This document shows positions 1-7,248 of a stretch of DNA of 25,875 nt, one piece after another. Position numbers and translations under genes: made by a program. The notes beneath the pieces are model-generated. The model ran no database searches. It was not told the origin of the DNA and was given only the letters and a program-made list of their open reading frames with translations. Source of the stretch: an uncultured Bacteriovoracaceae bacterium (GTDB lineage: Bacteria; Bdellovibrionota; UBA1018); NCBI GenBank assembly GCA_964367865.1, contig CAYJBA010000001.1:1461-27335 (forward strand). Direction: 5' to 3'. Numbering within the stretch: position 1 is the stretch's first letter; every line of letters begins with the position of its first letter.

Positions 1-73
1 CCGGCCGTCTCAGTTTTTTTGTCCTACGCCCCTGGCACGCCGGGCCCGTTATATAATTTTTTAATGTTAATTT

Positions 74-151
74 TGGCGGTGGGGGTGAGATTCGAACTCA
101 CGACCCCTTGCTCCCAAAGCAAGTGCGCTAGCCAGGCTGCGCTACACCCCG
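74..151 (-). tRNA. tRNA-Pro (anticodon UGG) with aberrant, poorly paired acceptor stem; possibly chimeric or non-functional
   Basis: Minus strand reads CGGGGTG-TA-GCGC-AGCCTGGCTA-GCGC-A-CTTGC-TTTGGGA-GCAAG-GGGTC-GTGAG-TTCGAAT-CTCAC-CCCCACC-G-CCA. D, anticodon and T arms pair perfectly, the anticodon is TGG and CCA is encoded. The acceptor stem pairs at only 4 of 7 positions. Confidence 0.9.
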
Positions 152-161
152 ACATTTAGAA

Positions 162-191
162 CCTTATCCAACGGCCCGGGCCGCATGTCAA
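162..191 (-). promoter_or_regulatory. Possible sigma70 promoter of the tRNA gene
   Basis: Perfect TTGACA at 191-186. Best -10 is TAAGGT (166-161) at a suboptimal 19-nt spacing. The spacer holds the palindrome CGGCCCGGGCCG (172-183). Confidence 0.4.
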
Positions 192-230
192 TTGTCTTCC
201 CAAATAGTCTTGCCGAGTGCACCAGGAGCC

Positions 231-1220
231 CTATTTTCGACGACCGCGATTTCTAATTTTCTCTTTGATCTTCTTAATGACCTTAGCCCCTTTAGTCCGC
301 TTTGAATCGCTAACAGAAGCCTTAGGTACTTGAGCTCTGCGGGCCTCTCGCAATGCCCGGATCTTCGATTTGAATGGAACGCCAGTTGGAAATTTCAAAT
401 TCTTAAACTTCTTATTCTTCGAGTCAAGCGATGCACGGTTCCACAATGCTTCTAAGTGGGGATGCCTAAGATGAAATTCTCTAAGAAAAGTACCGGTTTC
501 AAATGGCTTTGCGGCGAAGGGACGCCCCGCGTGTGCCCAAACGACGTGGCCGCTTTGAATCTCCGTAACTTTGTGGCTTTTGAGCCCGGAATAGTCCGCC
601 GCGACATCCACAACTCCTGAAACGGTATGAACTGTCGCCTGATCATTACTGACACTCACAATATAGTCAGTGCCTCTCACACCTAGTACCGCAGATTTTG
701 TTCGAGTCAAAAACCGATAAACCGATTTTTTTTGCGGTTCGCCTTCGACTAAAATACGGGTTTCACCTTTTTTTACCTCAATTGCAGGTACGGTGGGAGA
801 TTCGGTGAACTCAGAACCCGGACGTTCAATGACAATCTCGGTCCCTTTTCCCATGAGTACCTGGGAACCTTCGTAAAATAAAATTTTGGAAGAAACCTCT
901 GAACCCGTTTCAAGACTTTCACCAAAATCCAATGCCTCTCCGACATGGACAGACCGCGGACCATGTGGACCTTGAGCAGTGAGGTAATCTGCCCCTTCGA
1001 TCTCGTCAATGACGGGAACGGGCTGAACCACCGGAAGTGGCTTCTGAGGCGCAGGGGCTGCCAAAACCGGTGGTGGCCTTAATCTCTTAAATTCTTCAGG
1101 CGACTTGCTAAAAACCGAGTTCTTGTCCTCGGCCATGGCCCCCGAAAAAGAGACTACGCCGATTAAAATCCCAACGGACAGCCCTACGCAATATCTTAAA
1201 ACCTTTGGAGTTTTCTGCAT
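231..1220 (-). CDS. Secreted or membrane-anchored FecR-domain protein
   Basis: N-terminal hydrophobic segment, Pro-rich linker, then a FecR-like pattern (LETG...GSQVLMGKGTEIVI...EVKKGE...TKSAVLGVRGTDYIV...TVHTVSGVVDV) and a basic tail. ATG at 1220 preferred over the ORF-track TTG at 1241 because the TTG lies upstream of the predicted transcription start. Confidence 0.8.
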   Translation of the reverse strand: MQKTPKVLRYCVGLSVGILIGVVSFSGAMAEDKNSVFSKSPEEFKRLRPPPVLAAPAPQKPLPVVQPVPVIDEIEGADYLTAQGPHGPRSVHVGEALDFGESLETGSEVSSKILFYEGSQVLMGKGTEIVIERPGSEFTESPTVPAIEVKKGETRILVEGEPQKKSVYRFLTRTKSAVLGVRGTDYIVSVSNDQATVHTVSGVVDVAADYSGLKSHKVTEIQSGHVVWAHAGRPFAAKPFETGTFLREFHLRHPHLEALWNRASLDSKNKKFKNLKFPTGVPFKSKIRALREARRAQVPKASVSDSKRTKGAKVIKKIKEKIRNRGRRK

Positions 1221-1230
1221 TTTAATAATA

Positions 1231-1259
1231 ATCGTAGCCAATCCGGACTCTCATGTCAA
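1231..1259 (-). promoter_or_regulatory. sigma70 promoter of the FecR-domain gene
   Basis: TTGACA (1259-1254), N17, TACGAT (1236-1231), 10 nt before ATG 1220. Confidence 0.7.
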
Positions 1260-1279
1260 AAAACCTCTTGCACTGCCGT

Positions 1280-1309
1280 TTGACAATACCTCGTTATTTC
1301 ATCTACGAT
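1280..1309 (+). promoter_or_regulatory. sigma70 promoter, divergent from the FecR-gene promoter
   Basis: TTGACA (1280-1285), N18, TACGAT (1304-1309). Confidence 0.6.
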
Positions 1310-1392
1310 TTAAGAATGAGAATCCACGGATTTCGGATTCTCAAAACAGCTGCAATGGACCACCAGCGCGGCATTTGTACAAGGAGGTTTAG

Positions 1393-1446
1393 ATGTTTCT
1401 CTCCTTCGATCCTCATCACACCGCTGATTATTTTCCGTGGGGCTAG
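1393..1446 (+). CDS. Putative 17-aa small ORF or leader peptide MFLSFDPHHTADYFPWG
   Basis: AAGGAGGT (1381-1388), TTAG, ATG (1393), in-frame TAG at 1444-1446. Translated by hand; absent from the ORF track. Confidence 0.45.
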   Translation: MFLSFDPHHTADYFPWG

Positions 1447-1509
1447 CCCCCCAATCATTACCTTAAAAATTTAATCTATATCCGTCACAAATTATTCAAG
1501 GAGGAATAT

Positions 1510-1878
1510 ATGAAATATTTATTGGGCCTTTTGGCCATGGTACTTACTTTAACTTCTCAATCGTCCTACGCACTTCTAGAAAATTCGATTGCCGCTACGC
1601 GGCAAGATAGGGTAGCAGATCAAGCCAGAGAGTACGTTATTCAAATTAAAGGCACGCTGGGTTGCGAAACTACCCAGGGATTAACTCAAAGAAAACTCAC
1701 TCAGACGAACTCTATTTGCATATTGAAAATTCGAGATCGTGAGTCAGGAAAGATCTTCGGCTTAATTGATGCCAAAGCTGCAATGGCGCTTTATAACGCT
1801 GGAAGTTACAATGTCTTGATCGAAGGCATTCTTCGAGACGTAAATACGATCCAAATCAAGACTGCTCAAAATCTTTAA
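1510..1878 (+). CDS. Secreted hypothetical protein (122 aa)
   Basis: Strong SD AAGGAGG just upstream; classical signal peptide MKYLLGLLAMVLTLTSQSSYA. Confidence 0.8.
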   Translation: MKYLLGLLAMVLTLTSQSSYALLENSIAATRQDRVADQAREYVIQIKGTLGCETTQGLTQRKLTQTNSICILKIRDRESGKIFGLIDAKAAMALYNAGSYNVLIEGILRDVNTIQIKTAQNL

Positions 1879-1940
1879 GCGGAGTTGGGGGTTCCGGATA
1901 AGTCTTGAGACTCGTCCCAAATGCAGGTAAATCTTTATCT

Positions 1941-2204
1941 ATGCTTCCCATCGATAAGGATAAATACATTCAAATTGCCCGAACAGAAGGCCCTAATGCG
2001 GCGATTACTGCACTCCACAAAGACACAAATCTCATAGAAATTGAGTCTTTTGAGGGAAAAGCGGGGTGGGACCCCGAACTCTTCGAGCAAATTAAAAAAA
2101 TAAGGGATTTTTCGCGAGAACTTTGGGATGCCGCAGTTTTACAGTCTGAGGCTGAGATTGCTGCTGAAGCGCTCGCCAACGCCCCATTCGAATCTAAAAT
2201 CTAA
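1941..2204 (+). CDS. Hypothetical protein (87 aa)
   Basis: Protein-like composition. ATG 1941 lies 7 nt after TTGAGA-N17-TAAATC, and the ORF-track TTG at 1905 is the -35 box itself. Confidence 0.75.
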   Translation: MLPIDKDKYIQIARTEGPNAAITALHKDTNLIEIESFEGKAGWDPELFEQIKKIRDFSRELWDAAVLQSEAEIAAEALANAPFESKI

Positions 2205-2635
2205 GCTGGAATTCTTTTGGTCTTAATCATTCCACGTTTTTCTAATTTTCTAAGTGCCTCGACCATTTTGAGCTGAGCTCCACCGATATCCCTCATCTCG
2301 ACGTTTCCAGAGAGATACTCCTTAACTTCGGAGACCATGCGAGGATTTCCGCAGCGATACATTCGATCTTTTACGTCGTCATTTAGCTTCGCAATCGCAA
2401 AAGCAGTCACCCGAGGTGGGACCTGATTTACAAGTTCCGCCATCTCGTTATCAGGAAGTGCAAGCACGTCTTCGAACGTAAACACAAATTTCATCGCCTC
2501 TTCGGTATATTCGGGATCTTCTGCCATGCCAGCATCAATCATCTTTTTGCGGCGAATTGAAGGCGTAGATTCGAGGAGTTCAACGAGTTGACGAAAACCA
2601 TCCGGGGATTTTTTGTATCGAGTATAGATGCCCAT
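2201..2635 (-). CDS. Stand-alone FliG C-terminal-domain protein
   Basis: Resembles the FliG C-terminal region (AEDPEYTEEAMKFVFTFEDVLALPD...AQLKMVEALRKLEKRGMI). Only 144 aa, lacking the N-terminal and middle FliG domains. Confidence 0.75.
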   Translation of the reverse strand: MGIYTRYKKSPDGFRQLVELLESTPSIRRKKMIDAGMAEDPEYTEEAMKFVFTFEDVLALPDNEMAELVNQVPPRVTAFAIAKLNDDVKDRMYRCGNPRMVSEVKEYLSGNVEMRDIGGAQLKMVEALRKLEKRGMIKTKRIPA

Positions 2636-2644
2636 AAGGTTCTC

Positions 2645-2686
2645 ATTATAAACATTTTCACTTTGGGTGCCAGAAAATGTTAGAAT
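2645..2686. promoter_or_regulatory. Compact bidirectional promoter with 9-bp inverted repeat
   Basis: Minus-strand TATAAT (2650-2645), plus-strand TG-T-TAGAAT (2678-2686), and AACATTTTC-N13-GAAAATGTT (2651-2681). Confidence 0.65.
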
Positions 2687-2693
2687 TTAGCAC

Positions 2694-3032
2694 ATGGCCA
2701 CCCCGGCTATTAAATTAGTGCCAGTATCCGAACCTGAAAGCAAAAATCCGCCTACACAAGAAGAGGCCGAAGCAAAGCTTCATCAAGAGGGCTACGAGTC
2801 TTATTGTTGGCACGACGTATCAGGAACCCTATACCCGAGACATCAACACGCCTATGATGAATGCCTTTGGATTTTAAAGGGTGAGATTACGTTTGAAACA
2901 AAAGAAGCTGCTTTCGCGCTCAAACCAGGCGACCGGCTTTATATGCCAGCAGGAACCGCACATTCTGCAAAAGTAACTTCGAAGCAGGGGGTAACTTATT
3001 TAGTGGGACAGAAAACGCCGGAACAGCCCTAA
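2694..3032 (+). CDS. Cupin-domain protein
   Basis: Two cupin motifs: YPRHQHAYDECLWILKGEITF and LKPGDRLYMPAGTAHSA. Confidence 0.9.
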   Translation: MATPAIKLVPVSEPESKNPPTQEEAEAKLHQEGYESYCWHDVSGTLYPRHQHAYDECLWILKGEITFETKEAAFALKPGDRLYMPAGTAHSAKVTSKQGVTYLVGQKTPEQP

Positions 3033-3033
3033 C

Positions 3034-4806
3034 TCAATAAGCCACGAACTCAGCTTCACGAAATGGAATCGCCTTAAACTTCATAACGTCTCTTAGCTTA
3101 TCGCTGAATTCAAAACTGACTGGACCCGTGTTTTCGGATTCACTTGGATAGGGCACCTCGCTCAGTAAATGATCAGCCCAAGCTCTAGGATCTACTTTGA
3201 TACAAGGCCACTTCGAATCGCTGCAGGTGTCTTTCAACACGAAAACCCGATTTTCCTCAAAAAGCGATTGAATCATCGCTCTTGAATAATAACCTAGCTG
3301 CTTAGACACAATTTGATCGCGTACGGAATCTTCTACAACGATATCTTTTAACTTTTGCCCATGAACTCGTTTGAGGAGTCTCACGTGAACCTCTCCCGAT
3401 TCTGAGGTGGTGTCAAAAAATGGAAACGGAATCACTCGAATCATCGGCGAAAAAGCGAGCTTCAGTTCTCTTGCCTCCACAGAATCCACTGGAGGAATCG
3501 CGCGCGAGTTGTCGTACTGGAGTCCTCTTTCGGAAAAGGAAACTGAAAGTGCCCCGGATGCGATGGCTGACGCAAACTCCACCTTTAATTTTTCTACCAG
3601 CTCTGAACCGTGCCTTGCTCTTGCGTTGAGCATAAGACGGGTAACACGAATTTTTCTGAGAAGTTCAAGGGGCGCAATCGGATTAGGACCCGCATTTTTA
3701 TTATCCTCTGCAATTTCTGCCGCCAGAGTATTTACTTTTTCATCAATCCACTGTCTTAGGCGGGTTCGTGCCTCGCCAGCCAGCGGACCAGAAAATTTGA
3801 TATCGATCAAAGTCGCTTCGAGCTTTTCGCCCGGAATAAACTCGTTAAACCCACGAAGCGTTTCGTAGCGTTTTTTCATTTCATCTTGAAACACTATATG
3901 GGCAGCGTTCCAGATCGAAGAGTAGTAACGATCTGCAACAGTCGTTCTCCAGACCAACTCACGAGCAAATAGATGGTAATAGGCGTTCAGCTCTCGTTTC
4001 GCAATCTCTCTAAATTCAGAAATCGTATCGGGCAGTTTTTCGACCATAAAGCGAAACTGGGGAAGTACGAGATCCTTTTTCCACCAGGGTAAACCGTAAC
4101 TGGGTCCCACAGGTTCCATCAAGCGACGAAGATCGGATAAACCGCCTTCTTCGTATTGCCAATCCACACTAAACTCGAGGCCGTATACAGGAACTTTATC
4201 ATTTTTAGCTCTTTCATTTTCTGCGGAGAAGCATTCCTTGACCCACTTATAAAGCTGGTCATCCGAATAAAGTCCAAGCTCTGGGCCAGCGATTTTTATA
4301 GTCTTTTTAACAGCTTTTTCGTTTTTCAGTTTTTCTACCAATACATATTTTTCAATGGTCGGAACTTTTTCGCAATTGACTGCGTTCTCAACTAAGATCT
4401 GACGAACAGCAAACCGGAGCCTTTTTTCGCCCAGCTCCGGAACCATATGCCGTTTGATTCGCTGATCCACGATTTTTGATAGACTGATAAACGCGAGTGC
4501 TTCATGCAACGCTTTTTCGAAGGTTGCGCGATCTTTTTCAGTTTTAATTCCAGCGCGACGAGCTTCTTCTAACGGAACATATCCCATGCTGAGAATATCG
4601 GTTCCTTTGATATCCAACATTTCGTCAGAATTACTGATCCAGATATGGGCGAGAACCTGGTTTTCCCAAATGGGAGCTTCAAGGGGTTCTGGACCACCGA
4701 TTCGACTTAAAAAATCGAATGGACCAGCAGCTATCGACGGAGAGCTAAGGACTCCCACCCAAGCTAAAAAACAGACCGCTAAAGCTTTGAACCACATCCG
4801 CGACAT
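3034..4806 (-). CDS. Large secreted hypothetical protein, possibly a degenerate PrsA/SurA/PpiD-like foldase
   Basis: Long ORF with signal peptide (MSRMWFKALAVCFLAWVGVLSSPSIA). The foldase resemblance is weak. ATG 4806 chosen from promoter geometry. Confidence 0.75.
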   Translation of the reverse strand: MSRMWFKALAVCFLAWVGVLSSPSIAAGPFDFLSRIGGPEPLEAPIWENQVLAHIWISNSDEMLDIKGTDILSMGYVPLEEARRAGIKTEKDRATFEKALHEALAFISLSKIVDQRIKRHMVPELGEKRLRFAVRQILVENAVNCEKVPTIEKYVLVEKLKNEKAVKKTIKIAGPELGLYSDDQLYKWVKECFSAENERAKNDKVPVYGLEFSVDWQYEEGGLSDLRRLMEPVGPSYGLPWWKKDLVLPQFRFMVEKLPDTISEFREIAKRELNAYYHLFARELVWRTTVADRYYSSIWNAAHIVFQDEMKKRYETLRGFNEFIPGEKLEATLIDIKFSGPLAGEARTRLRQWIDEKVNTLAAEIAEDNKNAGPNPIAPLELLRKIRVTRLMLNARARHGSELVEKLKVEFASAIASGALSVSFSERGLQYDNSRAIPPVDSVEARELKLAFSPMIRVIPFPFFDTTSESGEVHVRLLKRVHGQKLKDIVVEDSVRDQIVSKQLGYYSRAMIQSLFEENRVFVLKDTCSDSKWPCIKVDPRAWADHLLSEVPYPSESENTGPVSFEFSDKLRDVMKFKAIPFREAEFVAY

Positions 4807-4813
4807 CGCAGGC

Positions 4814-4842
4814 AATATAGTTGATTAAATTAGTCAAGTCAA
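4814..4842 (-). promoter_or_regulatory. sigma70 promoter overlapped by an IscR type-1-like palindrome
   Basis: TTGACT (4842-4837), N17, TATATT (4819-4814), N7, ATG. TTGATT-N5-AGTCAA at 4821-4837. Confidence 0.65.
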
Positions 4843-4898
4843 TCGGGATTTCCACTCCGGCCAATATTGTAACTATTTGTATTTATTGAATTATATAT

Positions 4899-5387
4899 TT
4901 AAGCCGCTCTTGATTTAGGCCTAATAATTGAAACTGTTCCGGCCATCAAATCATGAAGTGCCCGCTTTTCAGGATGAAACGCCGCCATGATATATCCTGC
5001 ACTCAACGGAAGCGATGAAACCGCGTACCCGAAACACCGAATCAGCGACTGTTTCAATGTGATTTTGCCCAAGTTCTTTTCATTTACGACATAGATTCCA
5101 AGCATCTTTTTACCGATCGTTGTGCCGTGCTGAAAGTGCCAGTAGGTATAGTACGGAATCGAAAGCAAAGCGTAGAGAATGCAGTAAATCACCTGAATCC
5201 AAACGGGTCCTAGAACGTCTAAAAACCCTCTCGGTGTTTCGCCAGTAGGAGTTTTTAAAACAAAAATCCAATAAATCATTCCGATTAAAATGAGCTCGCC
5301 GATAATAACGACAAGTGACAAAATGGTATTATCAATCATTTCTGCGACAAACCGAATCCAAAATCCTGCATATTTTGGTGTAGCCAT
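4899..5387 (-). CDS. RDD family membrane protein
   Basis: YAGFWIRFVAEMID N-terminus, GTTIGKKMLGIYVV and KRALHDLMAGT motifs. Confidence 0.92.
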   Translation of the reverse strand: MATPKYAGFWIRFVAEMIDNTILSLVVIIGELILIGMIYWIFVLKTPTGETPRGFLDVLGPVWIQVIYCILYALLSIPYYTYWHFQHGTTIGKKMLGIYVVNEKNLGKITLKQSLIRCFGYAVSSLPLSAGYIMAAFHPEKRALHDLMAGTVSIIRPKSRAA

Positions 5388-5413
5388 AGAATCAAATTAG
5401 CCCTGGTCCGGGA

Positions 5414-6541
5414 TTATCTCAATTGAAATAAACCAGAAGCTAAACCACAGGCCAAAATGACTAACCAACTCGGCAGACGCTTAACAAAAAGAGCAGTTGT
5501 CGCGATTAAAAATAAAAAAATAGAAAGCCTCGAGTGAAAACTCATCGAACCGAGCCTAACCATCGAAGCGGCGACTCCCCCCACAACTGCAGGCACTGCC
5601 CAAGACGAAAATGCCTGTGCTCCTCCCCCTTTTGACCAACGACCCCAAATTCTAGGCACTATAAAAAGTACGTTGATAAAGGATGGTAAAAAAATTCCAA
5701 ATGTCGCAACAACCGCCCCTAGAATTCCAGCGGCCTGATATCCAATAAAAGTAGCAGTGATGACTACCGGCCCTGGCGTAATCTGCCCGAAAACTAGCCC
5801 ATCCATAAACTCCGAATGACTCATCCAATGATATTTTACGACTGCATCCGCTTCTAAAAATGGAACTATTGCAATTCCACTTCCAAATACAAATGCACCG
5901 GCTTTAAAACAAACCCAAAAAATTTCTAGCAATTTCGAATTGAGCACAAGACCTGAAAGTCCCAATCCCAAAAATCCAGTAAATGCCTTGTAGCCCTTGC
6001 TTTTCGACTTCGAAAAAAAAATCGGATGTTTATGTATGAGAACACCCAAGACGCCCGACATTAAAATCGCGACAGGCTCAAGGCGTGGTGCCATGAGGAC
6101 TGTGACACCGCTGATGAGGGCAAGGACCCAAGCTCTAGAAATTTTAATATAAGGTTTTCCGAGCTGCCAAATCGACAATAGAATCACTGCAAAAGTGCCC
6201 GCCTGAAGCCCTGAAAAAAAACCTTCGTACCGCCCTACCCAGCCGGTGCGAGAATAGAGAACAGAAAAAAGCGTTACTGCCAAAAAAGCCGGTAAGATAA
6301 AAACAAATCCGGATACCATGCCGCCTTGAGTACCGGCTCGCTCGCGGCCCAGCGCGATCGCCATCTGTGTCGAAAGGGGGCCGGGCAAAAGTTTACAAAC
6401 TGCGACAAGTTCAGCGAACCGCGATTGTGTGAGCCATTTTCTTGAGCGAACAAACTCTTCTTCCATCATGGCTACAGCTGCAAAAGGGCCGCCAAATCCA
6501 AGACAACCTAGCCGTGTAAACGCAAACAGAATTTCTTTCAT
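5414..6541 (-). CDS. chrA: Chromate efflux transporter, long-chain CHR family
   Basis: Two CHR repeats: LGCLGFGGP...LLPGPLSTQ and GAFVFGSG...GQITPGPVVITATFIGY. Confidence 0.92.
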   Translation of the reverse strand: MKEILFAFTRLGCLGFGGPFAAVAMMEEEFVRSRKWLTQSRFAELVAVCKLLPGPLSTQMAIALGRERAGTQGGMVSGFVFILPAFLAVTLFSVLYSRTGWVGRYEGFFSGLQAGTFAVILLSIWQLGKPYIKISRAWVLALISGVTVLMAPRLEPVAILMSGVLGVLIHKHPIFFSKSKSKGYKAFTGFLGLGLSGLVLNSKLLEIFWVCFKAGAFVFGSGIAIVPFLEADAVVKYHWMSHSEFMDGLVFGQITPGPVVITATFIGYQAAGILGAVVATFGIFLPSFINVLFIVPRIWGRWSKGGGAQAFSSWAVPAVVGGVAASMVRLGSMSFHSRLSIFLFLIATTALFVKRLPSWLVILACGLASGLFQLR

Positions 6542-7248
6542 TACTTCTTTGCCACCAACTTAGCCCAAGCGTCCTTGCCATCATTAGTTTCGACAAAATA
6601 GATGATCTTGAGGTCTTTGAATAATTCCTGAAGCTCACCTTTTTCGAGTAGATAATCCCGCCTGAGCTCTTTTCCGCCCGCATTTTTCAGTTGCTCAACC
6701 GTGTAACTCTGAAACAAAACGACTCCACCTTTTTTGAGTCCCCTTTTGATCTGAGAAACGAGGTTGCGCTGAAGATAATCAATATTTAAAATGACGTCAT
6801 AAGAGTCGGGCCTGATCTGATAGTGATTGAGATCGGCATTGATTGTATTGATCTGCACGCGATTTTCTCGAGCCAATCTCCTGGCCTTTCGAATCGCGAC
6901 CTCAGAAAAGTCAACGCCATCGACTGTAAACCCTTTTTTCGCAAGATATACAGCGTTTTGACCCTCACCCATTGCTATGTCGAGGGCGCGGCCAATTGGA
7001 AGCTGATGTACGTAGTCACGAAGAAAAACACTTGGCTCTTTTCCAAAGACATAAGCTCTTGTATTGAAAAGGGTATTCCAGTGTTGGCGATCATCCTCGG
7101 TATCCTGGCCAGTGACCATCTGAAATACATTTGCCCCTGACGGGGTGGTCTCATCTGATTCTTCAAGACCTAAGAAATTGCATCCAACGAAGCCTGCAAG
7201 AGTCACAATCATTGACACGCCTAAAAGCGCCTTGTATACCCGATTCAT
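6541..7248 (-). CDS. Class I SAM-dependent methyltransferase (TehB-like) with predicted lipoprotein signal peptide
   Basis: SAM motif [29 protein letters not shown]; N-terminus [23 protein letters not shown]. The TAA stop overlaps the chrA ATG (TAATG). The upstream part of the ORF-track ORF is antisense to tatA. Confidence 0.85.
   Translation of the reverse strand: MNRVYKALLGVSMIVTLAGFVGCNFLGLEESDETTPSGANVFQMVTGQDTEDDRQHWNTLFNTRAYVFGKEPSVFLRDYVHQLPIGRALDIAMGEGQNAVYLAKKGFTVDGVDFSEVAIRKARRLARENRVQINTINADLNHYQIRPDSYDVILNIDYLQRNLVSQIKRGLKKGGVVLFQSYTVEQLKNAGGKELRRDYLLEKGELQELFKDLKIIYFVETNDGKDAWAKLVAKK
7212..7240 (+). promoter_or_regulatory. sigma70 promoter of tatA, inside the methyltransferase coding region
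   Basis: TTGACA (7212-7217), N17, TATACC (7235-7240), N6, ATG 7247. Confidence 0.6.

Noticed and set aside
33-49. sigma54 promoter at TGGCAC
   Set aside because: The -12 TTGC element is absent at the required spacing.
1105-1474. ORF-track ORFs 1105..1392 and 1253..1474
   Set aside because: They cross the divergent promoters or lie antisense to the FecR gene, have no SD and show no recognisable motif.
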